A stretch of 61,400 bases of DNA, filler included, from Deltaproteobacteria bacterium (GTDB lineage: Bacteria; JACQOV01): NCBI GenBank assembly GCA_016202395.1. It is 3 parts of 3 records of this genome, joined end to end, with 100 filler letters (N's around TTAATTAATTAA, not from the genome) between each part and the next. Parts side by side here need not be neighbours in the genome. Positions count along the whole stretch, not along the records: positions 1 to 30,381 come from JACQOV010000033.1; 2 more parts are not named here. One strand, 5' to 3'. Made by a program: the position numbers and the translations under genes. Positions within the stretch are counted from its first letter, which is position 1, and each line of letters begins with the position of its first letter. Shown here piece by piece: positions 1 to 9,193 of this stretch. Under the pieces are notes generated by a model that was not told where the DNA came from, searched no databases, and saw nothing but the letters and a program-made list of their open reading frames with translations.

Positions 1-7
1 CCAAGAG

Positions 8-76
8 GGGTACCCCAAAAATCTTGCGACGTTCGCTCATAAAAACATTCCCGTGAACTTTTTCCACCTCTACCAA
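8..76 (+). repeat. Dispersed repeat arm (GGGTACCCCAAAAAT...CATTCCCGTGAAC family) fused to a GAACTTTTTCCACCTCT end
   Basis: Similar to 26055-26102 and to the reverse complements of 40140-40187 and 25781-25829; 56-76 matches the reverse complement of 26117-26138. Confidence 0.75.
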
Positions 77-89
77 TAGTTTCTCTTCC

Positions 90-184
90 TTGGCCTCGCG
101 GGTGGCATGGGGCGGGGGACCCCCAGGCGCGCGGACTGTGGAGCACGCCTGGGGGAAGCCCCGTGACAGGACCCGCGAGGCCAA
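90..184. mobile_element. 95-nt GC-rich nested-hairpin element (MITE-like), copy 1
   Basis: Terminal IR TTGGCCTCGCGGGT/ACCCGCGAGGCCAA, inner stem CCCCCAGGCG/CGCCTGGGGG; near-identical inverted copy at 52770-52849. Confidence 0.75.
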
Positions 185-191
185 TGACTCC

Positions 192-2138
192 TTAAATGAC
201 AAATCCAATGTATAACAAAATCAAAACCAATCCCAATAAGATCGAGAAAGCGTAACTTTGCACAAACCCGGTTTGCATCGCTCTAAGACGTTGAGCTACA
301 GAGCGAACGAGAGAACCCGCTCCATTCACCGCTCCATCCACAATCTTTGCATCAAAGAATCGCCACAAAAATCGATCCGAAAGAGAGACCAGAGGTCGAA
401 CCATCCATCTGTTATAAACTTCATCCACAAAATATTTATTCCAAAGGAGCCGATGAAGCCTCGCGAACCGTTCTTGAATTTTCAGCGCCGCATCAGGTCG
501 CGCCAAAAAGAAATGACGCGCAAGAAACAATCCGGCTGCCGCAATTCCCACTGAAACAAAAACCAAAGTCCACTCTAAAGAAAGAAGAGGCAGATCTATC
601 GAAGGCCCCTCCCCTACCACCGGTTCCAGAAAATGATGAAATTGATTCCCCCAATGAGCAAAATCGAAGAGGTGGGGAAGTCCCCAAAAGCCCGCAATGG
701 CTGACAATAGGGCAAGCGCCGCAAGAGGCAATGTCATCATCTTCGGAGATTCATGAGCATGAGCCAAGACCTCGGCCTCGCCTCGAAAAGTTCCATAGAA
801 AGTCAGGAAAAGGAGACGAAACATGTAAAGCGCTGTAAGCCCTGCCGTCACAATCCCAATTCCCCACAAAAGGGGACTTCCCCAAGGAGAAGCAAAAGCG
901 TTCCACAGAATCTCATCTTTGCTAATAAAACCGGACAGTGGCGGGATCCCAGCAATGGCAACTGTTCCGACAAGCATCGTCCCATGAGTCCAGGGAAGTT
1001 TTTTCCGAAGCCCCCCCATCTGCGCCATATCGGTTCTTCCACCCAAGGCATGCATCACAGAACCGGCTCCTAAAAAGAGAAGCGCCTTAAAAAAAGCGTG
1101 GGTTACAAGATGAAAAATCCCGGCCGAGAAAGCCCCTACCCCTAAAGCTAAAAACATATAACCGAGCTGACTGATCGTGGAATAGGCTAACACTCGTTTG
1201 ATGTCTCGTTGGACTAATCCGATCGTTGCGGCAAAGAAAGCAGTGGCAGCGCCAACTCCAGCAACGACTGAAAGAGCCAAGGGAGAAAGGAGATACAAGA
1301 AATGAAGACGCGTAACCATATAAACGCCGGCCGTCACCATGGTGGCCGCATGAATCAAGGCGCTCACGGGGGTTGGCCCTTGCATCGCATCAGGGAGCCA
1401 GACATAAAGAGGGATCTGCGCCGATTTCCCGCAAGCCCCCACAAATAAAAGCAAAGCCGCTGCCGTAATGACCGTGGGATCCAGTGCAGGGACCCATTTC
1501 TCAAGTTCCGTGAACCGAAGAGTCCAATGCCCCACGGAACCCACCGACCAAAAGAGGAGAAAGATCCCCACCAAAAACCCAAAATCGCCGATCCGATTCA
1601 CAATGAAAGCCTTATTCCCGGCGTTCGTATTGATTTTCTCCTCATACCAAAAACCGATCAATAAATAAGAGCAAAGCCCCACCCCTTCCCAACCCACAAA
1701 GAGGAGGAGCAGATTATCCGCCATAACGAGCAAAAGCATGAAAAAGACGAAAAGATTCAGATAAGCAAAATAGCGGCTGAACCCTTTGTCGCCATGCATA
1801 TAGCCCACGGAGTAAAGATGGATTAGGAACCCTACGCCGGTGATGATCAAAACCATTACCATGGAAAGAGGATCGATCTGAAGCGAGAAATCGGACCGAA
1901 ATGAATCAGCTGCAATCCAATGATAGAGCCGATCCACCAGTAAACGACTGTGAGGCTCCAAGGAGATGAGATGGAAAAAAGTAATGGCCCCGAAAACAAA
2001 CGAAAGCCCAATCATCCCCGCACCCATCGCCCCCACCCCTTTCTCCGGCAAGCGACGCCCCAAGAAAAGATTCACCCCAAACCCCACCAAAGGCCAAATC
2101 AAAATCCATCTCAATAATGAATCAATCTGTGGTTCCAT
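192..2138 (-). CDS. nuoL: NADH-quinone oxidoreductase subunit L
   Basis: Motifs GWEGVGLCSYLLIGF, GKSAQIPLYVWLPDAMQGPTPVSALIHAATMV, HAFFKALLFL; operon position. Confidence 0.98.
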   Translation of the reverse strand: MEPQIDSLLRWILIWPLVGFGVNLFLGRRLPEKGVGAMGAGMIGLSFVFGAITFFHLISLEPHSRLLVDRLYHWIAADSFRSDFSLQIDPLSMVMVLIITGVGFLIHLYSVGYMHGDKGFSRYFAYLNLFVFFMLLLVMADNLLLLFVGWEGVGLCSYLLIGFWYEEKINTNAGNKAFIVNRIGDFGFLVGIFLLFWSVGSVGHWTLRFTELEKWVPALDPTVITAAALLLFVGACGKSAQIPLYVWLPDAMQGPTPVSALIHAATMVTAGVYMVTRLHFLYLLSPLALSVVAGVGAATAFFAATIGLVQRDIKRVLAYSTISQLGYMFLALGVGAFSAGIFHLVTHAFFKALLFLGAGSVMHALGGRTDMAQMGGLRKKLPWTHGTMLVGTVAIAGIPPLSGFISKDEILWNAFASPWGSPLLWGIGIVTAGLTALYMFRLLFLTFYGTFRGEAEVLAHAHESPKMMTLPLAALALLSAIAGFWGLPHLFDFAHWGNQFHHFLEPVVGEGPSIDLPLLSLEWTLVFVSVGIAAAGLFLARHFFLARPDAALKIQERFARLHRLLWNKYFVDEVYNRWMVRPLVSLSDRFLWRFFDAKIVDGAVNGAGSLVRSVAQRLRAMQTGFVQSYAFSILLGLVLILLYIGFVI

Positions 2139-2147
2139 GATGAAAAA

Positions 2148-2459
2148 TTATCCTTTCAACTCCTTTGCCTCATCCACATTCACCGTCCCCAACACCCGAC
2201 GCAACAACACCGCAATCGCCAATCCCACCCCCGCCTCCGCCGCCGCCACCGTAATAATAATCAAAACATAAACATGTCCACTCATATCCAAAAGGAAACG
2301 GGAGGCTCCCATAAATGAGAGACTGGCTGCGTTCAACATCAGCTCAATGGACATCAAAACAATCAAGGCGTTTCGCCGAACCATAAATCCACAGACACCG
2401 ATCCCAAATAGAACGGCGCTTAAAGTCAAAATGTGGGAAAGGGGGATCGATCCGGTCAT
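2148..2459 (-). CDS. nuoK: NADH-quinone oxidoreductase subunit K
   Basis: RRNALIVLMSIELMLNA, VAAAEAGVGLAI. Confidence 0.97.
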   Translation of the reverse strand: MTGSIPLSHILTLSAVLFGIGVCGFMVRRNALIVLMSIELMLNAASLSFMGASRFLLDMSGHVYVLIIITVAAAEAGVGLAIAVLLRRVLGTVNVDEAKELKG

Positions 2460-2959
2460 GCCACCCTCCGTTTGACGAGCGCAATAATACCCACGATCGC
2501 TCCCAATAAAAGGAAGGAAACCAATTCAAAAAGCAACACTGAGTCGGTAAAGAGAAGCTCTCCAACCCGCTCAACCTCTCCGAAACTGGGATCGTTCAAA
2601 ACAGGGAGATCTTCCACGCGCCTCCCCGCGGCTTGAATCAGTTTCCAAACTAAGAAGAGAATCAATCCAAAACTCAAAATCTTGGTGGAAGTGATTCTCT
2701 CTCGAGGAAGGGCCGAATCGGGAAGGTTCAAAAGCATCACAATAAAAACAAAAAGGACCACGATCGCTCCGGCGTAAATCAAGATCTGCATGGCGGCTAA
2801 GAAATGCCCCCCCAATACCACAAAGATCACGGCGACATTAACGAGAACAAGGGCCAACCCTAAAGCGCTATGCATCGGATTGCGCCGGCTGATAACGACG
2901 AGCGCCGAGAGAACCGAAAGAGAGGCAGCGATGTAGAACGCAATTTGCATCTCAGTCAA
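2456..2959 (-). CDS. nuoJ: NADH-quinone oxidoreductase subunit J
   Basis: NPMHSAL, QILIYAGAIVVLFVFIVMLL, FELVSFLLL. Confidence 0.96.
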   Translation of the reverse strand: MTEMQIAFYIAASLSVLSALVVISRRNPMHSALGLALVLVNVAVIFVVLGGHFLAAMQILIYAGAIVVLFVFIVMLLNLPDSALPRERITSTKILSFGLILFLVWKLIQAAGRRVEDLPVLNDPSFGEVERVGELLFTDSVLLFELVSFLLLGAIVGIIALVKRRVA

Positions 2960-3432
2960 CCCTTCAACAAGAAATCGATGTCCACCACCATGTTCTTTAA
3001 CTGGTACGATGGCGAACCCAACTTTCCTGTATCCATTCGAATGGCATCACAAGGACAAGCCTCCACACAGAGGCCGCAGAAAACGCATCGCGAGAGATCG
3101 ATCTCAAATCGAGCTGGGCGTTTCTCAATCGTTGGATCGGAATGCTCTTGGGGCTCGATATGGATACAGTTCGCCGGACAGGCGGTCGGACAACACATGC
3201 AGGCCACGCAGCGAGGGGTCCCATCCTCTCGTTTTGTGAGACGATGGCGAAACCGAAGCTGGGGAGAGATGGGGCGTCGCTCCTCCGGATATTGGACCGT
3301 GACTAAATTTTCTGGGTGAAAAAGATTCCGGAAAAAGCGGCGCGTGGTCACCACTAATCCCCCAAGCAAAATAGGGATGTAGAGCCTTTCGGCCAGGGAT
3401 AATCTTTCTTTTCTTTGAACAACGATCGCCAT
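2956..3432 (-). CDS. nuoI: NADH-quinone oxidoreductase subunit I
   Basis: TVQYPEE and two 4Fe-4S motifs (CVACMCCPTACP, CVFCGLCVEACP). Confidence 0.96.
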   Translation of the reverse strand: MAIVVQRKERLSLAERLYIPILLGGLVVTTRRFFRNLFHPENLVTVQYPEERRPISPQLRFRHRLTKREDGTPRCVACMCCPTACPANCIHIEPQEHSDPTIEKRPARFEIDLSRCVFCGLCVEACPCDAIRMDTGKLGSPSYQLKNMVVDIDFLLKG

Positions 3433-3434
3433 AA

Positions 3435-4514
3435 TTAGTTAAAAATTAACAAAACGATTCCGGTAACCACAATATTGGCCAACGCCAATGGCAGAATCAT
3501 CTTCCAACCCATTCTCATCACCTGATCGTATCGGAATCGGGGAAACGTCCACCGTGTTAACACCAACAGCCAACAAAAGAAAAGAACTTTAATAGAAAAC
3601 GACCCCACCTGTAAGAGAGAGACTGCCCAAGGAACGATGGCGAGTTCAGCCCCCCAAGGGAAATGGAATCCATTTCCATAAAGATAGGGGATCTGCCATC
3701 CTCCAAAGAAGAGGGTTGTCACCAACGCAGAGATCACGACGATCTCAGCATATTCCCCCAAAAAAAACATCCCGAAACGGAAGCCGCTGTACTCCAAATG
3801 ATAACCTGCGACGATCTCGCTATCCCCTTCCGGAAGATCAAAAGGGATCCGCTTATTCTCGGCCATCGCTGTGGCCAAAAAAAGGAAGAAGGAGATCGGT
3901 TGGACCAAGATTCCCCACTTCGGGATCCACCCTCCTATCAACTCTCCTTGATATCGAACGAGGTCATCCAATTCCACCGTCCCAAAAATCATGAAGAGCC
4001 CCACCAGAGTGACCCCCATACAAACCTCATAGGAGATCATCTGAGAAGCGGCGCGCATTCCTCCCAACAATGAGTATTTATTGTTCGAAGCCCATCCTCC
4101 GATAATCACGCCATACACCGCTAACGAGGACAAGGCAAAGATGTAGAGAATCCCCACATTGAGATCTGCGATCTGCAGTTTGATCACTCGTTCTCCGATT
4201 TGCAGAACATCCCCAAAGGGGATCACTGCAAAAACAACGAAAACGGGGAAGACCGCTAAGGCTGGAGCGATCTTAAACAAGAACCGATTGGCATGCTGAG
4301 GGACAAAATCTTCCTTCATGATCATCTTGATCGCATCGGCCACAGGGTGCAAAAGTCCAATGAGGCTCATCCCAAAAATTGAGGCGCGATTCGGCCCCAC
4401 TCGATCCTGAACAAGGGCCGACTCTTTTCGTTCGACCCACGTAAGGATCGCCGCCATGTTGAGAAGCATGATCGCCACAACGAACACTTTGATGACTTCG
4501 ATCAAAAAATCCAT
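3435..4514 (-). CDS. nuoH: NADH-quinone oxidoreductase subunit H
   Basis: ERK..QDRVGPN, GWASNNKYSLLGGMRAASQMISYE, PFDLPEGDSEIVAGY, PRFRYDQ. Confidence 0.98.
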   Translation of the reverse strand: MDFLIEVIKVFVVAIMLLNMAAILTWVERKESALVQDRVGPNRASIFGMSLIGLLHPVADAIKMIMKEDFVPQHANRFLFKIAPALAVFPVFVVFAVIPFGDVLQIGERVIKLQIADLNVGILYIFALSSLAVYGVIIGGWASNNKYSLLGGMRAASQMISYEVCMGVTLVGLFMIFGTVELDDLVRYQGELIGGWIPKWGILVQPISFFLFLATAMAENKRIPFDLPEGDSEIVAGYHLEYSGFRFGMFFLGEYAEIVVISALVTTLFFGGWQIPYLYGNGFHFPWGAELAIVPWAVSLLQVGSFSIKVLFFCWLLVLTRWTFPRFRYDQVMRMGWKMILPLALANIVVTGIVLLIFN

Positions 4515-4523
4515 CGTTGAATC

Positions 4524-6251
4524 CTACGGGTTGAACCCCTCACCCTTAGCCCTCTCCCCGCTTTGCGGGGAGAGGGTTTGGGTGAGGGGAAGCATGACCC
4601 CCTTCGAGCCAATCATCTCATACGTCATCCCATGAAACGCGGGGATTTCTTGAGCTAACGCCTCAAAGATTCCTTCCGCCGAAGAGAACTCCCCTCCCTC
4701 GAATCGCTTTACAAACTCTGAGAGAATCTCCCAATCTGCCTTGGCTTCTCCTAAAGGCTCAATGGCTTTCCGAATCCTCTGAACTCTCCCTTGGAAGTTT
4801 GTAAAAGTCCCCTCTTTCTCTGCAAACGTTACACCGGGCAAAACCCACGTGGCGCGGCTTGCAAGGTCACTTGGGTAAGCATCTTGAACCACCAAAAGTT
4901 CCAACCGCTCCATCGCCGAAAGAGCCGAAAGAAAAGTCTCTTTATTCTGAAGATCACGGAGCGGATCTCCTAAACAATAGAGGGCCTTGATCTCTCCCCG
5001 CTCGATCGCTGGCAACAAACCCGCGCCATCCAGAGTGAACTCTTTGTGAAATCCAACGGCCTGCACGCCACGCGTGTTGGGATTCTTGTCCTTTTGAATC
5101 AAGAGATTGTCCTCGAACTCCCCCCAATCGACATCTCCATGAAACCCCGGCCTACCCCCTTTTGGAACGGCCCGATGATACACCGTGGGAGAGGTCCCCA
5201 TCTTCTTCATCCAACGCCACAAAAGATAGTTTTCCTCGTTGGTATGCTGCGCGGAGCCCAAGGCTGCCACGGACGAGGGGCCGCTCTTTTGAGCAATCCC
5301 GCGCATCCGAGAAGCGATGTCCTCAAAAGCATCGGCCCAACCCTTTGCCTGTAATCCGCGAGGCCCCTTCTTGAGAGGCTGACTTAAACGACTCTCCGTA
5401 TGAATCTGTTTGTAACTATATCGACCCACATCGCAGATCCAGTAGCTATTCACGTCGGCATGGAGACGAGGCTTGATGCGATACACCTCGTTGGTCGGAT
5501 GGAAAACGGTATTCTGGACCTGGCCCCCTTTCTTTCGAACATGAAGTTGGATATTGCAACCCCTGCTGCATTGATTGCAGATCGAATCGACTGGCTCCAC
5601 CCACCACACGCGGACCTTAAATCGAAAGTCTTTACTCAGAAGGGCCCCCACGGGACAAACATCGACGAGATTCTCCTGATAATTTCCGGTTAAAGGACGG
5701 TTCTCAAACGTTCCGATCTCCGTGTGATTGCCACGATTGAACCGATTGAGCTCGTAATTTTTCGTGATCTCGTTACAAAAGCGGACGCAACGATCACAAA
5801 GGATGCAACGCTCGGTATCCAAAACGATCTTCTCTCCCAAATGGACCACTTTTCTCTTTTGGACCTTCTCCGCCGTGTTTTTAAAGGCGCTCTTATAGCG
5901 ACCGACCTGCATGTAGTAATTTTGGAGAACACACTCTCCGCTCTGATCGCACACAGGACAGTCGATGGGATGATTGGCCATGTGAAGCTCGTAAATCCCT
6001 TTGCGAGTCTCTTGGATCTCAGGGGTGTTGGTGTAGACCACCATCCCTTCCGCAACGGGCGTGTTACAGGAGATGGCCCCCTTCTTCTGTCCTTCGATGG
6101 CCACTGTGCAAAGACGGCAGACCCCCGCAATCGACAAAGCGGGATGGTAACAAAAGCGAGGGATCGTAATCCCCGCTTTTTGGGCGGCCTCAATGACTTT
6201 AGTCCCCTCCGGAACCTCTACTTTTTTTCCGTCAATCGTGAGTGTCATCAT
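4524..6251 (-). CDS. nuoG: NADH-quinone oxidoreductase subunit G (compact form; start moved to MMTLTIDG)
   Basis: Fe-S motifs CYHPALSIAGVCRLC, HPIDCPVCDQSGEC, CILCDRCVRFC, CNQCSRGC; molybdopterin-oxidoreductase-like C-terminus (EKEGTFTNFQGRVQ). Confidence 0.93.
   Translation of the reverse strand: MMTLTIDGKKVEVPEGTKVIEAAQKAGITIPRFCYHPALSIAGVCRLCTVAIEGQKKGAISCNTPVAEGMVVYTNTPEIQETRKGIYELHMANHPIDCPVCDQSGECVLQNYYMQVGRYKSAFKNTAEKVQKRKVVHLGEKIVLDTERCILCDRCVRFCNEITKNYELNRFNRGNHTEIGTFENRPLTGNYQENLVDVCPVGALLSKDFRFKVRVWWVEPVDSICNQCSRGCNIQLHVRKKGGQVQNTVFHPTNEVYRIKPRLHADVNSYWICDVGRYSYKQIHTESRLSQPLKKGPRGLQAKGWADAFEDIASRMRGIAQKSGPSSVAALGSAQHTNEENYLLWRWMKKMGTSPTVYHRAVPKGGRPGFHGDVDWGEFEDNLLIQKDKNPNTRGVQAVGFHKEFTLDGAGLLPAIERGEIKALYCLGDPLRDLQNKETFLSALSAMERLELLVVQDAYPSDLASRATWVLPGVTFAEKEGTFTNFQGRVQRIRKAIEPLGEAKADWEILSEFVKRFEGGEFSSAEGIFEALAQEIPAFHGMTYEMIGSKGVMLPLTQTLSPQSGERAKGEGFNP
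4536..4589. repeat. CCCTCACCC/CCCTCTCCC palindromic element translated as the NuoG C-terminal tail
   Basis: cccctcaccc..ccctctccccgc-ttt-gcggggagaggg..gggtgagggg; encodes PLTQTLSPQSGERAKGEG. Confidence 0.85.
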
Positions 6252-7506
6252 AGGAGCAACCGTGTTCTCGAATGTGTTCTTCAAATTCATTTCGAAACTT
6301 TGCGATAAAACTCTGGATCGGCATGGCATCGGCATCCGCCAAGGGACAAATCGTGGTCCCCATCATGTATTTTGAGAGACGGAGCAGCAAATCGATATCC
6401 TCCAACCTCCCCTCCCCTTGGTCGATCCGTTCCAAAATCTGTAAAACGAGTCCTGTTCCTTCGCGACAGGGGGTACACTGCCCACACGACTCTTCCTTGT
6501 AAAATCGGGCAAGAACCCTCAGAGCATGCACCATGCACGTGGCCTCATCCATCACAATCACCCCACCCGACCCCAGCATCGTTCCCGCGTTCTGCATCGA
6601 TTCAAAATCGAGCCGGATATTGCGCACCTCCATCTCCGTTAAAACGGGAACGGAAGATCCCCCAGGAATCACCGCTTTAAGTTTGCGACCCTTTAAGATT
6701 CCGCCTCCCTCTTTTTCAATGAGATCCATCAGAGGGGTTCCCATCTCCAGTTCATAGACGCCCGGGCGATGAACGTGGCCACTTAAAGAAAAAAGGCGCG
6801 TCCCAGAACTTTTTGGGGTTCCGAATTGAGCATACTTGGCTCCACCGTTCAAAACAATGTAGGGGAGATTGGCCAACGTCTCGACATTGTTAACAATGGT
6901 GGGACAATTAAAAAGACCGACGACCGCGGGAAAGGGGGGCTTTAATCGGGGGAAACCTTTTTTCCCTTCGAGGGATTGAATCAATGCTGTCTCCTCGCCA
7001 CAGATGTAGGCCCCCATCCCTCGGTGAAGAAAAACATGGAGATCAAAGCCGCTCTTTAGAATATCTTTGCCAAGGAAACCGGAGGCATAGGCTTCATCAA
7101 GGGCCTTCTGAAGAACACGGGCGCCATGGAAGAACTCCCCCCGAATGTAAATATAAGCGGTGTGAGCTCCGATAGCGCAGCAAGCGATGGCAATCCCTTC
7201 GATGAGCTGATGGGGATTCCTTTCAATAATGAGACGATCTTTGAAAGTTCCCGGCTCGCTCTCGTCGGCGTTGCAACAGAGATAAATCGGCTTCCCGGTG
7301 TTTTTAGCCAGGAAAGTCCACTTCATACCTGTGGGAAATCCCGCTCCCCCTCTCCCACGAAGCCCCGACTTTTTTACCTCTTCGATAATCTCGTCCGGCT
7401 TCATGGAAAGGGCTTTGCGAAGGCCTTCGTATCCCCCGTAGAATCGATACGTCTCGATCTGCGAAAGATTCAGATCATCCATGTGTTTTGTTAAAATCTT
7501 TTCCAT
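6232..7506 (-). CDS. nuoF: NADH-quinone oxidoreductase subunit F
   Basis: SGLRGRGGAGFPTGMKW, NADESEPGTFKDR, GAYICGEETAL, ESCGQCTPCREG. Confidence 0.98.
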   Translation of the reverse strand: MEKILTKHMDDLNLSQIETYRFYGGYEGLRKALSMKPDEIIEEVKKSGLRGRGGAGFPTGMKWTFLAKNTGKPIYLCCNADESEPGTFKDRLIIERNPHQLIEGIAIACCAIGAHTAYIYIRGEFFHGARVLQKALDEAYASGFLGKDILKSGFDLHVFLHRGMGAYICGEETALIQSLEGKKGFPRLKPPFPAVVGLFNCPTIVNNVETLANLPYIVLNGGAKYAQFGTPKSSGTRLFSLSGHVHRPGVYELEMGTPLMDLIEKEGGGILKGRKLKAVIPGGSSVPVLTEMEVRNIRLDFESMQNAGTMLGSGGVIVMDEATCMVHALRVLARFYKEESCGQCTPCREGTGLVLQILERIDQGEGRLEDIDLLLRLSKYMMGTTICPLADADAMPIQSFIAKFRNEFEEHIREHGCSYDDTHD

Positions 7507-7991
7507 CAAGTCAATTTATCCAAAATTTGATGGATCTTTTCCTCCGTCAAATTTTCATAATACGTGTCGTTAATCTGCATCGCCGGCGCCGTTCCGCACG
7601 AGGCCAAACACTCCACACCACTCAACGTGAATTTTTTATCCGGCGTGGTCTCTCCCATCCGAATTCCTAACTTCTTCGAAACACAATCCACAATGGAGCT
7701 AGCGCCTCGCAAACTACACGAGATGTTCCAACAAACCTGAATGTGGTACTTCCCCACCGGCTTCTTGTTGCACATCGTGTAGAAACTGGCGACCCCTTGC
7801 ACATGAGAAACCGGAAGCTCCAGGAGCTTTGCAATAGACTCCATTCCTTCGGCGCTAACCCACCCCCATTCCTCTTGAGCAATCCACAAAGCGGGAATGA
7901 GCGCCGCCTGTTTGTTGGGATAATGCGTTAAGAGCTCCTTGACCCGCTCCTTCCCTTTGGGAGAAAGTTCCACACTCATCGCCACACTCAT
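7506..7991 (-). CDS. nuoE: NADH-quinone oxidoreductase subunit E
   Basis: VASFY, CWNISC, ECLASCGTAP 2Fe-2S ligands. Confidence 0.96.
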   Translation of the reverse strand: MSVAMSVELSPKGKERVKELLTHYPNKQAALIPALWIAQEEWGWVSAEGMESIAKLLELPVSHVQGVASFYTMCNKKPVGKYHIQVCWNISCSLRGASSIVDCVSKKLGIRMGETTPDKKFTLSGVECLASCGTAPAMQINDTYYENLTEEKIHQILDKLT

Positions 7992-9190
7992 CGGTCCAGC
8001 TCCCCCGCAATCATGTTGATGTTGCCAAACGTTGGCATAATATCGGCGATCATCGACCCTTGGATCATCTCGGGGAGGGCCGCGATGCCAAAAAAACAGG
8101 GGGGACGAACACGAATTCGATAGGGTCGCCCCGATCCATCACTCACCACATAAAAGCCGAGTTCCCCATTAGCCCCTTCCACCAACTGATAGATCTCTCC
8201 GGAAGGAACCTGAATCCCTTCCATAACAATCTTAAAATGGTTCATAAGCCCTTCGATCGTCCCATAAACCTCCTCTTTCTTGGGAAGAGCTACTCTGGGA
8301 TCATCGACAATAATGGGCCCCTCTGGAATACTCACTAAAGCCTGTTCCACAATGCGGGCCGATTGACGCATCTCCTCCATCCGGACGAGATAGCGATCGT
8401 AGTTGTCTCCAACCGTTCCGATAGGGATATCAAAATCGAGATCCTTGTAAACACAGTAAGGGACCGCTTTCCGAACGTCGTATTCTACCCCGGCCGCCCG
8501 TAATAAGGGGCCCGTTAAGCTGTAGGAAATAGCATCCTCCTTGGAAAAGATTCCCGTCCCCTTCACGCGATCCAAAAAGATCCGGTTCCCATTCAGGAGC
8601 TTCTCCACCTTCTCCATCGTATCCCGAAGCTCTCGCAACGCTCTGCGAGTTTTCTCAGCATACCCTTCGGGAAGATCTCGAGCGACCCCCCCCACACGAG
8701 TGTAGCTAGTGGTGAGTCGGGCTCCACAAATATCCTCGATCAATTCCCAAAGGAACTCCCGCACTCGAATAAACCAAAAGAGGACGGTGAAGGCCCCCAG
8801 GTCCATGGCCAAAGCTCCGATGCAGGTGAGATGATCCCCGATTCGGGAAAGCTCACTGGTGATCACGCGAAGGTATTGGGCTCGGGGTGGAGCTTGAATC
8901 TGGAGGAGTTTTTCAACGGCTAAAACATACCCCACGTTGTTAATAATGGGGGAGTTGTAATTGAGTCGATCGGTGTAAGGGAGAACTAGGGTCCAACAGA
9001 CCACTTCCGACATCTTCTCGAAGCAACGATGAAGATAGCCAATCTCCACATCGGAGCTCACCACCTTCTCTCCATCGAGCTTGAGATCGAGGCGGATCAC
9101 CCCATGCATCGTGGGATGAGAAGGCCCCATGTGAAGAAACATCTCTTTGTCACGAAACTTTGCCTCGGTTATCTCTTCTTGTAATTCCAT
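7988..9190 (-). CDS. nuoD: NADH-quinone oxidoreductase subunit D
   Basis: GPSHPTMHGVIRL, IGYLHR, DRLNY, GELDR terminus. Confidence 0.98.
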   Translation of the reverse strand: MELQEEITEAKFRDKEMFLHMGPSHPTMHGVIRLDLKLDGEKVVSSDVEIGYLHRCFEKMSEVVCWTLVLPYTDRLNYNSPIINNVGYVLAVEKLLQIQAPPRAQYLRVITSELSRIGDHLTCIGALAMDLGAFTVLFWFIRVREFLWELIEDICGARLTTSYTRVGGVARDLPEGYAEKTRRALRELRDTMEKVEKLLNGNRIFLDRVKGTGIFSKEDAISYSLTGPLLRAAGVEYDVRKAVPYCVYKDLDFDIPIGTVGDNYDRYLVRMEEMRQSARIVEQALVSIPEGPIIVDDPRVALPKKEEVYGTIEGLMNHFKIVMEGIQVPSGEIYQLVEGANGELGFYVVSDGSGRPYRIRVRPPCFFGIAALPEMIQGSMIADIMPTFGNINMIAGELDR

Positions 9191-9193
9191 AAA

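Noticed and set aside
1-191. Loss of nuoM/nuoN
   Set aside because: The window or contig ends in repeats right after nuoL; the genes are probably elsewhere.
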